A stretch of DNA of 62,882 nucleotides, filler included, from 8 parts of 8 records of this genome joined end to end with filler, not necessarily neighbours in it, one strand, 5' to 3'. Positions 10,623 to 23,164 are shown, counted from the whole stretch's first letter. Notes: a model not told the origin generated them from the sequence alone. Numbers and translations are program-made.

Positions 10623-11984
10623 TCAGAGCTCTTCGTAAAAATGCGCCGTCGATTCGATACCACGGCGGAAGTTACTCAGATCAAAGTGTTCATCCGGCGA
10701 GTGCAGATTCTCAGTCTCAAGACCAAATCCCATCAGCACTACCGGAGCCTGCAGCTCCTCCTGAAATGTCAGGACGATTGGAATTGAACCGCCCTCGCGC
10801 TTCAGATAAGGCTTGACGCCATAAGCTTTTTCCAGCGCGCGCATCGCGGCCTGGACACCTGCGGAATCGACAGGCGTAAGTGCCGGATTGCCGCCATGAT
10901 GGCTCGTAATCTCAATCCGAACCGTCGGCGGAGCAATTGCACGCACATACTGTTCAAACTTATCGGCAATATCTTCGCAATCCTGATTCGGAACCAAGCG
11001 CATTGAAATTTTTGCAGAAGCCTGCGCAGGCAAAACCGTCTTGGCGCCTTCACCCGTAAAACCGCTCCACATGCCATTGACGTCCAGCGTGGGGCGCGCC
11101 CACAAGCGCTCCAACGTGGTGAAACCAAACTCACCATACGTGTGTGGCACATTCAGCTCCTGGGCATAGGCTGCTTCACTCCAGGGCAGACGCGCAAACT
11201 CAGCACGCTCTTCCTCGCTCAGCGGCAGGACGTCATCATAGAAGCCGGGAATAGTGACGCGGCTGAAATCGTCCTTGAGGCGTGCAATGATCCAGGCCAG
11301 CACATTCGCCGGGTTGGCTACGGCGCCACCAAAGGAACCGGAATGCAGGTCGCGATTGGGGCCATGCACCGTAAGTTCCATGTACGCCAGGCCGCGCAAA
11401 CCATAACCAATCGAAGGCATTTCCGGCGCGTACATGGCCGTATCGCTGATCACGATCGTATCACAGGCCAGGCGCTCGCGATGTTTGTCAAGGAAGGGGC
11501 CCAGATTCGGACTACCAATTTCCTCTTCACCTTCAATCAGCACCTTAACATTTACCGGCAGTGATCCGTTTTGTTTTAAGTGTGCTTCCAGCGCGCACAA
11601 GTGCAGAAAAACTTGCCCCTTGTCATCCGTTGCGCCGCGCGCAAAGATTTTGCCGTCGCGTACCGTCGGCTCAAATGGCGGCTGTGTCCACAGGTCAATC
11701 GGATCAACCGGCTGAACATCGTAGTGGCCATAGAACAATACGGTCGGCTTGTCCGAACCGGCTTCCAGCCATTCGCCATACACAATCGGATGGCCGTCGG
11801 TGGCTTCAATTGCCACATTGTTTAATCCAATTCCGCGCAAATGTTTTGCCAGCCAGTCTGCGCAGTGCTGCACATCACCAACGTGTTCCTTGTCCGTGCT
11901 GACACTCGGAATCGACAAAAATTCGGTCAAACTCTGTAGATGCCGTGCATGCTCACGGTCGATGTAATCAAGGACTTCTTGCAT
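10623..11984 (-). CDS. M20 family dipeptidase
   Basis: YGHYDVQP, RGATDDKGQ, EGEEEIGS, DLHSG, GGSIP, HSPDEHF. Confidence 0.93.
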   Translation of the reverse strand: MQEVLDYIDREHARHLQSLTEFLSIPSVSTDKEHVGDVQHCADWLAKHLRGIGLNNVAIEATDGHPIVYGEWLEAGSDKPTVLFYGHYDVQPVDPIDLWTQPPFEPTVRDGKIFARGATDDKGQVFLHLCALEAHLKQNGSLPVNVKVLIEGEEEIGSPNLGPFLDKHRERLACDTIVISDTAMYAPEMPSIGYGLRGLAYMELTVHGPNRDLHSGSFGGAVANPANVLAWIIARLKDDFSRVTIPGFYDDVLPLSEEERAEFARLPWSEAAYAQELNVPHTYGEFGFTTLERLWARPTLDVNGMWSGFTGEGAKTVLPAQASAKISMRLVPNQDCEDIADKFEQYVRAIAPPTVRIEITSHHGGNPALTPVDSAGVQAAMRALEKAYGVKPYLKREGGSIPIVLTFQEELQAPVVLMGFGLETENLHSPDEHFDLSNFRRGIESTAHFYEEL

Positions 11985-12061
11985 AATCAGGTTCACAGGT
12001 TTAAGGATGACAAGCTATTGGTACGGAATTGCAAGCCTGGAGCAAAGTATATTGCTATTAC

Positions 12062-13186
12062 TCAGGCCTTGGGCGGCACGCTGTCGGAAGTACCGCTTTG
12101 ACTCGCCGGAAGTTCAGCAGCCGTGGAATCGGTGTCACCGGATGTCTCAGGCTGCGCAGATGTTATTCCGCGCCAGGATATTCCAAGTGAATTTTCGCGA
12201 ATCATAAAAGCCGCGCCAACCACCAAATTAGTCAAAAAGCCAATCGCATGAGCAACAAATGCATACGCAACGGCTTCTTCGGTCGGCAGGCCGTATATAC
12301 TTTCAAGTGCCTTTTGGGTCGTGATATGATACAGTCCAGCAGCGCCGGGAGTCGGTGCCACGGCTATCGCAACACTCGACAGCACACACAGGACGTTGGC
12401 ATCCAGTATCGTAAAGGCATAGTAGCGGTGCAGGTCAAATGCTTCAATGACCATGTACAGCGGCACTACATACAGCGTCCACATCACAACTGTAATCAAG
12501 AAAACCTGAACATAGAGCTTGGGCTTCGACAGCACTGCAAACCCGTCGGCAAAGGCATCCAACTGCGTGAGTGCACGCGTGTAAAACGTTTCCGAAAAAC
12601 GCCTGACAGTTAACTCCAGAAAACGCTGTATCATTCGTGTTTTTAGCAGAACATACAGTCCCGCCAAAAACGCAAGAATCAATGAGCCCAAAAACACAAG
12701 AACCGTCCCCGGCCCCGCGTCCGAATTGTCGGAAAAGACGCGCGCAAAGTCATCTGAGAAAACAGAAACTGCTATAATCAGCAGAACCGCCAGACTCAGC
12801 ACGTCGATCATGCGCTCAACAAACACAGATGCCAAAGCGGTCGAGACAGGCATCTTCTCACGCCGCGCAAATATAAACGGCCGTGCAAACTCACCGGAAC
12901 GTGGAATGATGTTGTTAAACAGATAGGAGATCATGACGGCGGAAAAAGCATTCCAGGTTGAAACGCCGGCGCGCACCGGATCAAGCATCACCCGCCAGCG
13001 TACGGCTCGCAGATAATGTGAAAGCAGGATGATCGGCAGCGTCGCCAGAATCCACCAGATATTCGCCGATAGGAACGCGTCCATCAGACGTCCGTAATTG
13101 ACGCCATCGAGTGCGAAATAGAATGACAGTGCCAGGACCGCAGTCGGCAGCACAAACTTCAGGAATTTCTTACTTAGTTGATTCAT
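12062..13186 (-). CDS. UPF0104/YbhN (lysylphosphatidylglycerol synthase TM-like) flippase-family membrane protein
   Basis: LRAVRWR, NNIIPRSGEFAR, SVFVERMID, PTPGAAGLYH; multiple TM helices. Confidence 0.85.
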   Translation of the reverse strand: MNQLSKKFLKFVLPTAVLALSFYFALDGVNYGRLMDAFLSANIWWILATLPIILLSHYLRAVRWRVMLDPVRAGVSTWNAFSAVMISYLFNNIIPRSGEFARPFIFARREKMPVSTALASVFVERMIDVLSLAVLLIIAVSVFSDDFARVFSDNSDAGPGTVLVFLGSLILAFLAGLYVLLKTRMIQRFLELTVRRFSETFYTRALTQLDAFADGFAVLSKPKLYVQVFLITVVMWTLYVVPLYMVIEAFDLHRYYAFTILDANVLCVLSSVAIAVAPTPGAAGLYHITTQKALESIYGLPTEEAVAYAFVAHAIGFLTNLVVGAAFMIRENSLGISWRGITSAQPETSGDTDSTAAELPASQSGTSDSVPPKA

Positions 13187-13242
13187 GAGCAGTAGGAAGC
13201 AGCAATCGTCGCGGCGGGCGGCACGCACAAATGTTAAAACAG

Positions 13243-13737
13243 TCAGAAGTTCAGGTTAAACCTGCCGTTCGTCATAATTAAATCATCGGAAGAGTCATCA
13301 CTGTTAATCAGGGTGCCGGAAAATGTCCCCTGAACGCTCGTGCTGGAGAAATTGGCCACCTGAACTGATCCGCTGCCGCCGGCATTGCGTGTGGAATATG
13401 GAATTGGGTTCCCAATACCAATGCGATACACAACCGCGTTGGGCTCATCCGGCCCCAGTGGATGTGTGGCGCGTGTTCCCGAACCCGCCAAAGCGATAGT
13501 CAACAACACGTCAACATCCGTGACCGTGATTTCCAGTGCCTGCGTCGTTTCGTTGTATCGCATCTGTATCTCTTCCTTGGGCGGCGCATATTCAATGCCG
13601 TCCAATTCTACTCTCAATTCGCCGGGGTCCAGTCTGTTGGGATCAAAGGGATCCGGCGCCTGCTCTCCAGGACCATCGTCGCAGGCTCCCAGAGCCACGC
13701 CCAAAACCAGCAACAGAAGTAATTTGACACCTTGCAT
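13243..13737 (-). CDS. Hypothetical lipoprotein (beta-rich)
   Basis: Lipobox LGAC-DD; C-terminal GTFSGTL...MTNGRFNLNF pattern typical of FCB lipoproteins. Confidence 0.75.
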   Translation of the reverse strand: MQGVKLLLLLVLGVALGACDDGPGEQAPDPFDPNRLDPGELRVELDGIEYAPPKEEIQMRYNETTQALEITVTDVDVLLTIALAGSGTRATHPLGPDEPNAVVYRIGIGNPIPYSTRNAGGSGSVQVANFSSTSVQGTFSGTLINSDDSSDDLIMTNGRFNLNF

Positions 13738-13821
13738 AGTTACCTCGTTTAGTTCAGGTCAGCCACGCGCGCGCGGGCTCTTAACATTCCATCCCCAATG
13801 CAGTACATGCGGGGATCTCAA

Positions 13822-16746
13822 TCATTCAGACTTTGCCGAACTGCGCCGGCGACTCGTTTTGGCGGCAGGTTTGGCTTTTTTGCGGGTCGTTTTACGGCCT
13901 TTGGAGGCTAAACCTTCGCGCTCAAAAAGTTCGCGCAGGAACCTGCCGGTATGTGAGGCCTCAATCTGGCTGACGCCTTCCGGGGTGCCGCTGGCTACCA
14001 GCCCACCACCGCGTGAGCCGCCATCCGGCCCCAGGTCAATCAGCCAATCGGCCGACTTGATAACGTCCAGATTGTGCTCCACAATCAGCAGCGAATGCCC
14101 GCGACTGATCAGCTGGCGGAAACACTGCAGCAGCTTGGCCACATCGTCAAAATGCAAACCCGTCGTCGGCTCATCAAAAATGAACAGGGTCGGGTCGGCA
14201 CTGCGCACCTGCATGTGCGCAGCCAGTTTAACACGTTGTGCCTCGCCGCCCGAAAGGGTTGTGCCGGCCTGTCCCAGACGCATATATCCCAGTCCCACAT
14301 CCTCAAGCACTTTCAGGCGCTTGCGAATTTTGGCTTCGGCGCTGAAAAACGCGATGGCCTCGGAGACTGTCATGCCCAGGACATCCACAATCGACTTGCC
14401 ATTGTAGCGCACGCCGAGCGCCTCGCGCCGGTAGCGCGAGCCACGACATTCTTCGCATTCCAGGAAAATATCCGCCAGGAACTGCATCTCGATTTTCACA
14501 ACGCCGTCGCCCTCACAGGTCGGGCAGCGCCCGCCGGGAACGTTAAACGAGAAGTGCCCAGGCTTCCAGCCCAGGCGCCGCGCCTCAGGTAGTTTAGAGT
14601 ACAACTCGCGAATCACGTCAAAAGCTTTTGTGTACGTCGCCGGCGTCGAACGTGGCGACTTGCCAATCGGCGACTGATCGACCATCTCAATGTTAACAAC
14701 ATTGTCCATACCGTCAATACTGTCACAATGCCCGGTGGAGCCAACCTGTTTGCCGCGCGCACGCTGCATTCCATTATACAGAACTTCATGCACGAGCGTA
14801 CTTTTGCCGGAGCCGGAAACACCGGTCACAACCACCATTTTGCCCAGCGGAAACTCAACGTCGTCACCTTTCAGGTTGTGTTCCGTTGGTCCGCGCACAA
14901 TGATCGACTTGCCGTTGCCCGCCTCGCGTTCAGCTGGAATCGGAATCGCAGCACGGCCGCTCAAATATTTTCCGGTCAGCGATGCAGGGTCGCTCGTGAT
15001 TTCATCGTAATTGCCATGTGACACCACTTCGCCGCCATGTTCACCGGCGCGCGGCCCCATGTCGATAATGTTATCGGCATTGCGCATGATTTCTTCATCA
15101 TGCTCTACAACAACTACCGTATTGCCCAGGTTACGCAGCCTGTGCAGAACCCGAATCATTTTTTCCGTGTCGCGCGGATGTAAACCGATGCTCGGCTCGT
15201 CCAGAACATATAATGAGCCCACCAACGCCGAACCAATCGACGTCGCCAGGTGAATCCGCTGCGACTCCCCGCCTGAAAGGGTGTGCGAAAGCCGGTCCAG
15301 CGTCAAATAATGCAGCCCTATCTCCACCAGCAGATTTAAGCGCCGGCGCAGCTCAATCAGAATGCGCCCTGCTATCTGCTCACCATGTTCGTCCAGCTGG
15401 ATGCCCGTCACAAAGTGTAGTGCGTCCTCCAGCGTCATCGCCACCACCTGCGGCAGCGAGTGATTATCTACAAACACCTGCCGTGCCGAAGTACGCAGCC
15501 GCGAACCTTTGCATGCCGTGCAGCGTGTGTAGCCGCGGTAGCGACTGATCAACACGCGATAATGCATCTTGTAGGACTTCTCTTCCAGCATCTTAAAAAA
15601 GCCATTAATCCCAATGTACTTGCCGCCGCCGTCCCACAAATAGTTGCGTTGTTCAGTACTCAGGTTTTCAATCGGCTTGTTAATCGGAATGCCGCGCTTC
15701 TGCGCCTCACCCAGCAGTGCCTTAAAGTGTTTGCTGTGCGTTGGTGTCGTAAACGGATGAATCGCGCCGTCCATAATCGTGCGCGAGGCATTCGGAATCA
15801 CCAGGTTTTCATCAATGCCGATGCAGCGTCCAAAACCCTGACAGGTAGGGCAGGCGCCGAAAGGATTGTTAAAGGAGAACAGGCGTGGCTGCGGCTCTTC
15901 ATACAAAATTTCACACTGCGCACACTCAAACTTCGAACTGAAGCGCAGCTCTTCGTCGCTCAGAATATTGCGCACGATACATTTTCCGCCACCTTTAATA
16001 AAGGCCGTCTCCAGCGAATCCACCATCCGCGAGCGCGAGGCCTTATCATTGCGCAGCACTAAACGGTCTGCCAGTATGTAAACTTCGTCGCGTTTGCCGT
16101 CCAGCAGCTCGTTATCCAGGTCAATGATTTCATTGGCGGCAGGCAGCACCATCCGGAAAAAACCCTGCTCGCGCATCGACTGTAATTCGGCTTCAAAGTC
16201 CTGTCCCTGATGGCGTTGCAGTGGAAACAGGATAAATAGTTTGTCGTTTGCCTTCCAGGTGTCCAGCACCGTTTGCATGGCAGCTTGTGGCGTGTCCTTA
16301 TGTACGGGGTTGCCACAACTATAACAGCGCGTGCGTCCCACTCTACCAAAAAGCAGGCGCAGGTAGTCGTACACTTCGGTGGAAGTTCCGGCGGTTGAGC
16401 GCGGATTGCGTGACGTTGTCTTTTGTTCAATCGCTATCGCAGGTGGTATTCCGGTGATCAGATCCACATCCGGTTTCGCCATTCGTTCCAGGAACTGGCG
16501 TGCATACGCGGAGAGCGACTCAACAAATCGACGCTGGCCTTCGGCATACAAAGTGTCAAATGCCAGGGATGACTTCCCCGAGCCACTTACGCCGGTAACG
16601 ACGGTTAACCGATTCCGCGGAATTTCGATATTGACATTCTTGAGATTGTGGACGCGTGCGCCGCGTATCTCAATTGACGTACGTTTTGCACCTGCCGGAC
16701 GCTCATGCCCTTCCGACTTCGTGCTCTGCGCTTCCTGAACTGCCAC
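13822..16746 (-). CDS. uvrA: Excinuclease ABC subunit A
   Basis: Two ABC domains (GVSGSGKS twice, LSGGE, DEP), Zn-finger CxxC pairs, HNLK motifs. Confidence 0.97.
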   Translation of the reverse strand: MAVQEAQSTKSEGHERPAGAKRTSIEIRGARVHNLKNVNIEIPRNRLTVVTGVSGSGKSSLAFDTLYAEGQRRFVESLSAYARQFLERMAKPDVDLITGIPPAIAIEQKTTSRNPRSTAGTSTEVYDYLRLLFGRVGRTRCYSCGNPVHKDTPQAAMQTVLDTWKANDKLFILFPLQRHQGQDFEAELQSMREQGFFRMVLPAANEIIDLDNELLDGKRDEVYILADRLVLRNDKASRSRMVDSLETAFIKGGGKCIVRNILSDEELRFSSKFECAQCEILYEEPQPRLFSFNNPFGACPTCQGFGRCIGIDENLVIPNASRTIMDGAIHPFTTPTHSKHFKALLGEAQKRGIPINKPIENLSTEQRNYLWDGGGKYIGINGFFKMLEEKSYKMHYRVLISRYRGYTRCTACKGSRLRTSARQVFVDNHSLPQVVAMTLEDALHFVTGIQLDEHGEQIAGRILIELRRRLNLLVEIGLHYLTLDRLSHTLSGGESQRIHLATSIGSALVGSLYVLDEPSIGLHPRDTEKMIRVLHRLRNLGNTVVVVEHDEEIMRNADNIIDMGPRAGEHGGEVVSHGNYDEITSDPASLTGKYLSGRAAIPIPAEREAGNGKSIIVRGPTEHNLKGDDVEFPLGKMVVVTGVSGSGKSTLVHEVLYNGMQRARGKQVGSTGHCDSIDGMDNVVNIEMVDQSPIGKSPRSTPATYTKAFDVIRELYSKLPEARRLGWKPGHFSFNVPGGRCPTCEGDGVVKIEMQFLADIFLECEECRGSRYRREALGVRYNGKSIVDVLGMTVSEAIAFFSAEAKIRKRLKVLEDVGLGYMRLGQAGTTLSGGEAQRVKLAAHMQVRSADPTLFIFDEPTTGLHFDDVAKLLQCFRQLISRGHSLLIVEHNLDVIKSADWLIDLGPDGGSRGGGLVASGTPEGVSQIEASHTGRFLRELFEREGLASKGRKTTRKKAKPAAKTSRRRSSAKSE

Positions 16747-16989
16747 GCTCTGTTCTCCCGTTTTCCCTCAAGCCATGCGTCACATTTGACGAACCTGCAA
16801 GCTACGCAAATTCACTTCCAACCTAAAAGGTAATACGCAATGCCGGATAGCGACGTTTTAGTCATACTTCAGGTGTTTTTAGCCTGTGAAATCTTCCAGA
16901 TCCCCACTCCCCACCTGGTTTTCTTGATCGCTTTGAGCCCTGCCCTCCACTTACAGTGTCGTTTGGTCTCAGGCTTTTTGATTTTTTTG

Positions 16990-17089
16990 NNNNNNNNNNN
17001 NNNNNNNNNNNNNNNNNNNNNNNNNNNNNNNNNTTAATTAATTAANNNNNNNNNNNNNNNNNNNNNNNNNNNNNNNNNNNNNNNNNNNN
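16990..17089. other. Artificial contig linker 2
   Basis: N44-TTAATTAATTAA-N44. Confidence 0.99.
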
Positions 17090-17121
17090 ACACGCACACG
17101 CACACGCACACGCACGAACAG
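17090..17121 (+). repeat. (CACACG)n microsatellite ending in a probable 3' splice acceptor (ACAG)
   Basis: acacgcacacgcacacgcacacgcacgaacag directly precedes the coding-like sequence. Confidence 0.6.
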
Positions 17122-20100
17122 CCAAGCACTTGTACATGGGAGCATCGATGCAGTCGCCGTCGTCGCTGGTGAGCGTGGGCGGCGGGTTGCTGGTGGACGA
17201 CGTGCGCGTGTGGGCGCTCGTGCTGTCGGAGCTGGACGTGCTGAACACCATGTACCCGAGCCCCACGCACACGGAGTGGCTGGTGCACAGCTTCGGGTTC
17301 AACGACCTGACGGTGGAGCGGACGGTCGCGAACACGGCACCGTCGTCGTCGACCTCCTCCACCACGCTGGTGCGGGCGTCGCTGGTGCGGGCGTCGACGG
17401 TGGAGTACGGGCGCAACAACGTGCGGTCGCTGACGCGCGCGTTCCAGCAGGGCTCGCGCGACCCCTACCGCGGCTGCTTCCCGGTGTCGGCGATCGCGAC
17501 GGGCGCGGTCGAGGTGGTGGAGACGGCGACGGCGTCGGTGGAGGAGTGCCGCCTGCACTGCCGCGACGCCAACGTGGCCGTGGCGTACGTGGCGGGCACC
17601 GAGTGCGGGTGCCTGGAGGCCGCGCCGTCGGCGTCGCTGGCGCAGTTCGGCTGCTCGGCGCTGGGGTGCGGCACGGGAATGGAGTGCGGCAACGCGGCGC
17701 TGGGGCTCGCGTCGGTGTTCGACAGCTTCTTGGTGCTGTCGGCGCTGCCGGACCGCGGCACGTCGATGCAGTGGCGCGCGTCCACGGAGACCACGGGCGG
17801 CAGCTCCACGGCGGCGGTGGTGATCCAGCCGCACGGCACGTCGCCCACGCGCCAGCGCGTGCCCATGCTGGCGCTGGAGGGCGAGGCGCTGGCGTGGAAC
17901 ACGGTGCCCAGCGTGCAGCTCACCGAGAGCGACTCGCACGAGACGGTGGAGGTGCAGGCGTGGTGGGCGTCGGGGGCGAGCGTTCCCAGCAGCGTGGCGG
18001 GCGAGAACGCGTGGCGCGTGCACTGGGCGATGGTGGACCCGCTGACCACGTACCTGGGGCAGACGCTCGTGCTGGGCGCCACCGAGCGCAACGCCACGGG
18101 GTGGGCAACCACCGCCAGCGCCAGCGCCGCCGCCGCGGGCTACGTGTCGGTCACCATCGACGCCTCGGCGCAGGTCGCGGCGGCGCTGGAGGGGGGCGGC
18201 GCGCTGTCGGGCACGGGGCTGCTGTACTTTGCGTGGGTGGTGGGCGCGGACGCGGGCACGGCGCCCAAGGCCAAGGGCCTGCTGGGCAGCGGCGTGGTGC
18301 TGTCCCCCTCGTCGTCGTCGTCGTCGTCGGGCAGCGGGCAGTTCACGGTGCAGGTGCGCCCCGGCGACGCGGACCGCGCGCTGGCGGCCGACGAGGCCGA
18401 GGCGGCGCAGTGGCACGTGCGGTGGTTCGCGGTAGACGGCGAGGCGGCGGACCCGCAGGAGGTGCCGCGCGGGCTGAGCGGCGGGTCGCTGTGGCGGCAG
18501 TCGGCCACGCAGCCCGGCCTGTTCTTCCTCCGCGTCGACCTGGCGGCGTACGACCTGAGCGAGGCGCCCGTGTGCACCGTGTGCCTGCAGGTCAGCGCGC
18601 CGTCGTGGGCGACGGACGACCAGGCCGCCGCGCTGGAGGCCAACGTGGCGTGGCCCGTGGTGCGGCGCGTGTCGCGCTCCGGGTTCACCGTGCTGGTGCG
18701 GTCGCACGCGGACCCGCCGCCGTCGCTGGACGACATCAAGCACGACGGCGCGTGGCAGGTGGCGTGGATCGCGCTGCCGCAGGGGCCCGTGGGGGACGAG
18801 CTGCGCACCATCAGCGACGGGCCCACGGCGGCGGCGGCGTTCTCGCGGCTGCGGCCGTGGTCGGCGTACGACATTCGCGTGCGCGCGGGGCAGGACAACC
18901 TGGACTACCCCAGCAGCCGCGGCATGCAGGTCAGCGAGGCGTCGCCCTTGTTCCGCGTGGCCACCACGGCGGTGCCGCCGGCCGACTACTTGCGGCTGCC
19001 CGGCTTCCACGCGAGCGAGGTGTCCGGGTCGGCGGTCAAGCTGGCGTGGAACTCCACCGCGCTGTTCGACTACCCCACGGTCACGCGCGTCAAGGTGCAG
19101 GTGCGGCAGGGCAGCGCCGAGTTCGCCGACACGCGGCGCGGCGAGCACGTCAAGGTGACCACGGGCACGGCGTACTACGTGGTGGAGAGCGACGACCTGG
19201 CGGGCGCGGGCAACCTGGTGGAGTTCCGCGCGGTGCTGGGCAACGCCGCGGGGTGGCAGGGCACGGGCACCACGCTCAAGGTGCTGCCCACGGACGACGC
19301 GCCCGAGGGCGCCCTCGACGTGCTCCTGCTCACGCACGTCACCACCACCACGGCCACCATCCTGTTCGACAAGCACTCGGCCGACGCGTTCCACGTGCAG
19401 CTCAGCACGGACTGCGCCGCGTACGCCGACGCGGCCAGCTACTCGTGCCAGGCCACGCGCTTCTCGGACTCGGACTGCAGGATGGACCAGACCACCGAGC
19501 GCTTCGCCGCCCACACGTTCACGGGGCTCGCCGCGGCGCAGACGTACTGCGCGCGCGTGTACGCGGGCAACGACGGCGGCACGCAGAGCCCCGAGGACGG
19601 CACGGTGCTCGAGTTCACCACGGTGGCCAGCGTGGACTCGGCGTACCTCACGTCGGGCGTCGAGTTCCGCATGTGCTTCGACGGCCTGAGCGACGCGGGC
19701 GACGTCGCGCCCGACATGGTGGTGGCGTGCCGCCACCTCACGGCCGACTGGCCCGCGCGCGACGAGTGGGCGTGCCGCGAGATCGACCCGTTCGTCAACC
19801 AGACGCTCGTGTCGGCCCTCGCCGAGGCGCGCGCCAGCACCTACTCGGACGACGGCAAGGTCAACGTCTGGGGCGAGTCGCTCAGCTTCAACCCCTCCAC
19901 GCTGCAGTTCACCAGCACGCAGGCGGGCCTGACGGCCGACTACTGCAGCGAGCACGTCAAGCCCACGGGCCAGCCCACCGTGCTGCTGGTCGACACGTCG
20001 CCCACGAGCGTGACGCTGCGCTTCGCCATGCCGGGCGCGACGCGCTTCAAGGTGCAGGCGCTGACGGCCCGCCCCTCGGCGAGCGGCGCCGCGTCGCGCA

Positions 20101-23064
20101 CGCGGCTGGTGTGGACCGACGTCGCCGCCGACATCGTGGCGTCCGAGTACACGGTGGACGGCCTGGCCCCCTTCCAGCGCTACACCTTGCGCGTCGTGGG
20201 CGGCAACCCCTCGGCGTACCAGGACAGCTTCCGCGGCGCCAACGTCACCGTGGGCACCACCGACGCCGCCCCTGGCGCCTCCGACCAAGGCGACGACGAC
20301 GACGACGGGCTGGTCACCAACGTGCGCTTCACCGCGCTCTCCGACGCCCCCTTGGCCACCGTGGCGTGGGACGCGGGCCCCACGCACACGCGCTTCCGCG
20401 TGCAGGTGCGGCTGGGCCCCAACGGCAACGGCGACCACGGCGACGGCGGCGGGTTCGACGACGCCGCGTTCGCCACGGTGGCCAGCGACCTGGAGGCCAC
20501 GACGTTCACGCTCACGGGCGACCACATCACGGCCGGCGTGGAGTGGGACGTGCGCGTCGTGGCGGGCAACTCGTACGGCTACGCGTCGGGCGGGAGGGTG
20601 GTGCAGGTGGTGGCGTCCTCGGGCGCGCCCGAGGCCGAGTCGCGCCCGCGCGACGAGCCGTACCACCGCGCCGTGGCCGTGACGCGCCTGGACGTGCGCT
20701 CGTCGTACGGCGCGCACGCCGTGGACGCGTTCCGCACCGCCGTGGACGCGACGCTGTCCGCCGCCCGGACGTCGGCCACCGTGGTCTCGGACAGCCGCGC
20801 GCTGGTGGAGCTCGAGTTCTCGCTGCCGGGCGCCACGCAGTTCGACCTGTACTACTGGCAGCCGTCGTCCAGCTCGTGGCTGGCCGTGCTGTCCGACGTG
20901 CCGCACACGCGCTACGCGCTGACGTGCCTGGACCCCGAGGACGACTGCGCCACGGCGATCCCGCAGCCCGCCTACAACGAGCGTGCGCTGCGCTTCAAGG
21001 TGGTCGGCAAGAACGGCGCGTCGCTGGAGCAGCCCGCGCCGCACCAGGAGGTGGAGGTGGCCTTTGACGTGTGCGCGTGGCGGTCGGTGATGCGGCGCGC
21101 GTCGGTGCACGAGACGGACGCCGCGTGGGCCACGCGCATCATGAGCGCCGCGAGGTGCCGGGACACGAGCGCCACGGACTCGGCCGCCTTCGAGCCGCAC
21201 CTGGCGGGCCTGCGGTCGCTCTCGCTCGCCGACGCCGACGCCCTGTGCGCCGAGTTCTGCACGCTGCACCCCGACGACTCGGCCGTCGTGCCGTGGGGCA
21301 ACGACGCCGCGGGGCGGTCGCACATGTGCGCCTGCGACGCCGCGCTGCTGTCGGACGCGCCGGCCAGCTTCGCGGGCGCCCTGGACGCCGTGGCCACCGG
21401 CGCCGTGTACTTTGCGCCCGACGAGGCCGAGCACCCGCGCACGTTCGTGCTGACGGCCGCCAACAAGTCCGCCGAGCACCCCTTGCTCGGCTTTGGCCAC
21501 GACCAGGCCCTGCGCGTCAACGGCGAGGAGGCCGCCGAGCTGCTCCTGTGGCACGGCACGACGTACGCGTTCGTGCTGAGCGACGACGGCGAGGTGCCCA
21601 TCGCCACGGCGTGCCCGGGCGGCGTGTTCCTGACCACGTCCGCGGTCGGCGGCGCCGGGGACGGCGAGGTGCTGGCGGACGGTGTGGACGTTGGGGCGGA
21701 CGGTGTGGACGGTGGGGCGGACGGTGGCGGCGTCCCCACGCGCCTCACGGCAGGCAACTTCACGCTGACGCCCACCAACTCGACGCCGTCGACGCTGTTC
21801 TACCAGTGCGCGGACCGCGAGCACATGGGCTGGCGCGTGCGCGTCTCGGCGCCCGGGCCCGCGCCCGCGGAGGAGGACTCGGTGCGGGACCTGCGCGTGG
21901 CCAACACCACAGAGTCCACGGTGACCCTGTCGTGGACGGCCGCCGCGCGCCACACGCGCTTCCGCGTGCAGTACCGCGAGGTGCCGACGCTGCGGGCCGC
22001 CGACGACGGCCTGCGCTTCCACGCCGCGACGGGGCAAGCCTTCGTGGACTTCTCCGGCGACGCCGTGGACATCGTGCGCGCGTCCGACACGCGCGACGGC
22101 CCGCCGGCGTTCCTGTTCAAGGCGCGCAACCTGGCCGAGGGCACCACGTACCAGTGGCGCGTGGTGGGCGGCAACTCGTTCCTCTACCCGCCGCAGGCGC
22201 TGGTGGACCAGTTCGGCAGCCGCGCGCTGGCCAACTCCACGGCGTTCGCCGTGCCCACGCGCTCCGCGCCGCGGGGGGCGCCGCGCGTGGAGGTGGACGC
22301 CGTCGGGCAGGACGCCGCCTCCTCGGCCACCGTCGAGTCGTTCGTGGTGTACCTGGGCAACGCGGACGGGTCGGAGCGCTCGGCGGCGCTGCAGACGCTG
22401 GCCACCACGGCGCCGGCGTCGGGCGACCTCGGCGATTTGGAGATCACGCTGCCCTCCACGTCGCTCGGGTCGTACACGCACGTGCTCGTGTACGCGGCCA
22501 ACGCCAACGGCGAGACGGGCCCCGCGAGCGCGCTGGTGGTGGACAGCACGGGGACGGCGCCGGCCAGCGCGCCCGCGGCGGTGTCGTTCGTCGACGTCGA
22601 CCCGCGGTCCGGGTACGTGCACGGCACGGTGACCATCACGCCGCCCGCCGACGAGACCGACGTGCAGTCGTACCTGGTGCGCTTCACCCTGAGCTCGTCG
22701 TCGCTGACCGACCCCACCAGCGAGTTCGAGGCCACCGTGGCCAAGGTCGCCAACAGCGGCGGCGCCACGCTGGAGCTGGCCGTCAGCGGCGTGGCCCTGG
22801 GCGCCAACACCCACGTCCACGTGTGGTCGCAGAACGACGACGGCGTCAGCGCGTCCGCGACGGGCGTGGAGGTGGTGGACCTGGTGCCGCGGCCCCTGCT
22901 GGCCCCGCGCGCCCTGAGCTTCGCCGACGACAACCCCGCCGCCGGCCTCGTCAACGGCACCGTCGTCGTCTACGCCCCGCTGGTGGACGGCAGCGACGCC
23001 GACGTGGACTCGTACGTGGTGTTCCTGGGCACCGCCTCCTCTTCCTCTTCCTCTTCCTCTTCCT
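17122..23064 (+). CDS. Partial giant extracellular multidomain protein (LamG-like tail, WSC, H-type-lectin-like, FN3 repeats, cupredoxin-like, Ig-like FxDxD repeats), probably eukaryotic
   Basis: ~1980 uninterrupted codons with extreme GC3. LYMG...VDDVRVW..VLS; YRGCF...C...C...ECGC...C...CG...SVF; FN3 signatures such as YTVDGLAPFQRYTLRVVGGN; FYQC...HMG. Truncated at both ends. Confidence 0.85.
23037..23064 (+). repeat. (TCTTCC)n microsatellite / poly-Ser at the contig end
   Basis: tcctcttcctcttcctcttcctcttcct. Confidence 0.8.
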
Positions 23065-23164
23065 NNNNNNNNNNNNNNNNNNNNNNNNNNNNNNNNNNNN
23101 NNNNNNNNTTAATTAATTAANNNNNNNNNNNNNNNNNNNNNNNNNNNNNNNNNNNNNNNNNNNN
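23065..23164. other. Artificial contig linker 3
   Basis: N44-TTAATTAATTAA-N44. Confidence 0.99.

Noticed and set aside
17034-22820. 1928-aa minus-strand ORF and the 1285/681-aa alternative plus-frame ORFs as overlapping genes
   Set aside because: R/G/A/H-rich shadow frames expected from extreme GC3 bias in the true frame; no domain motifs.
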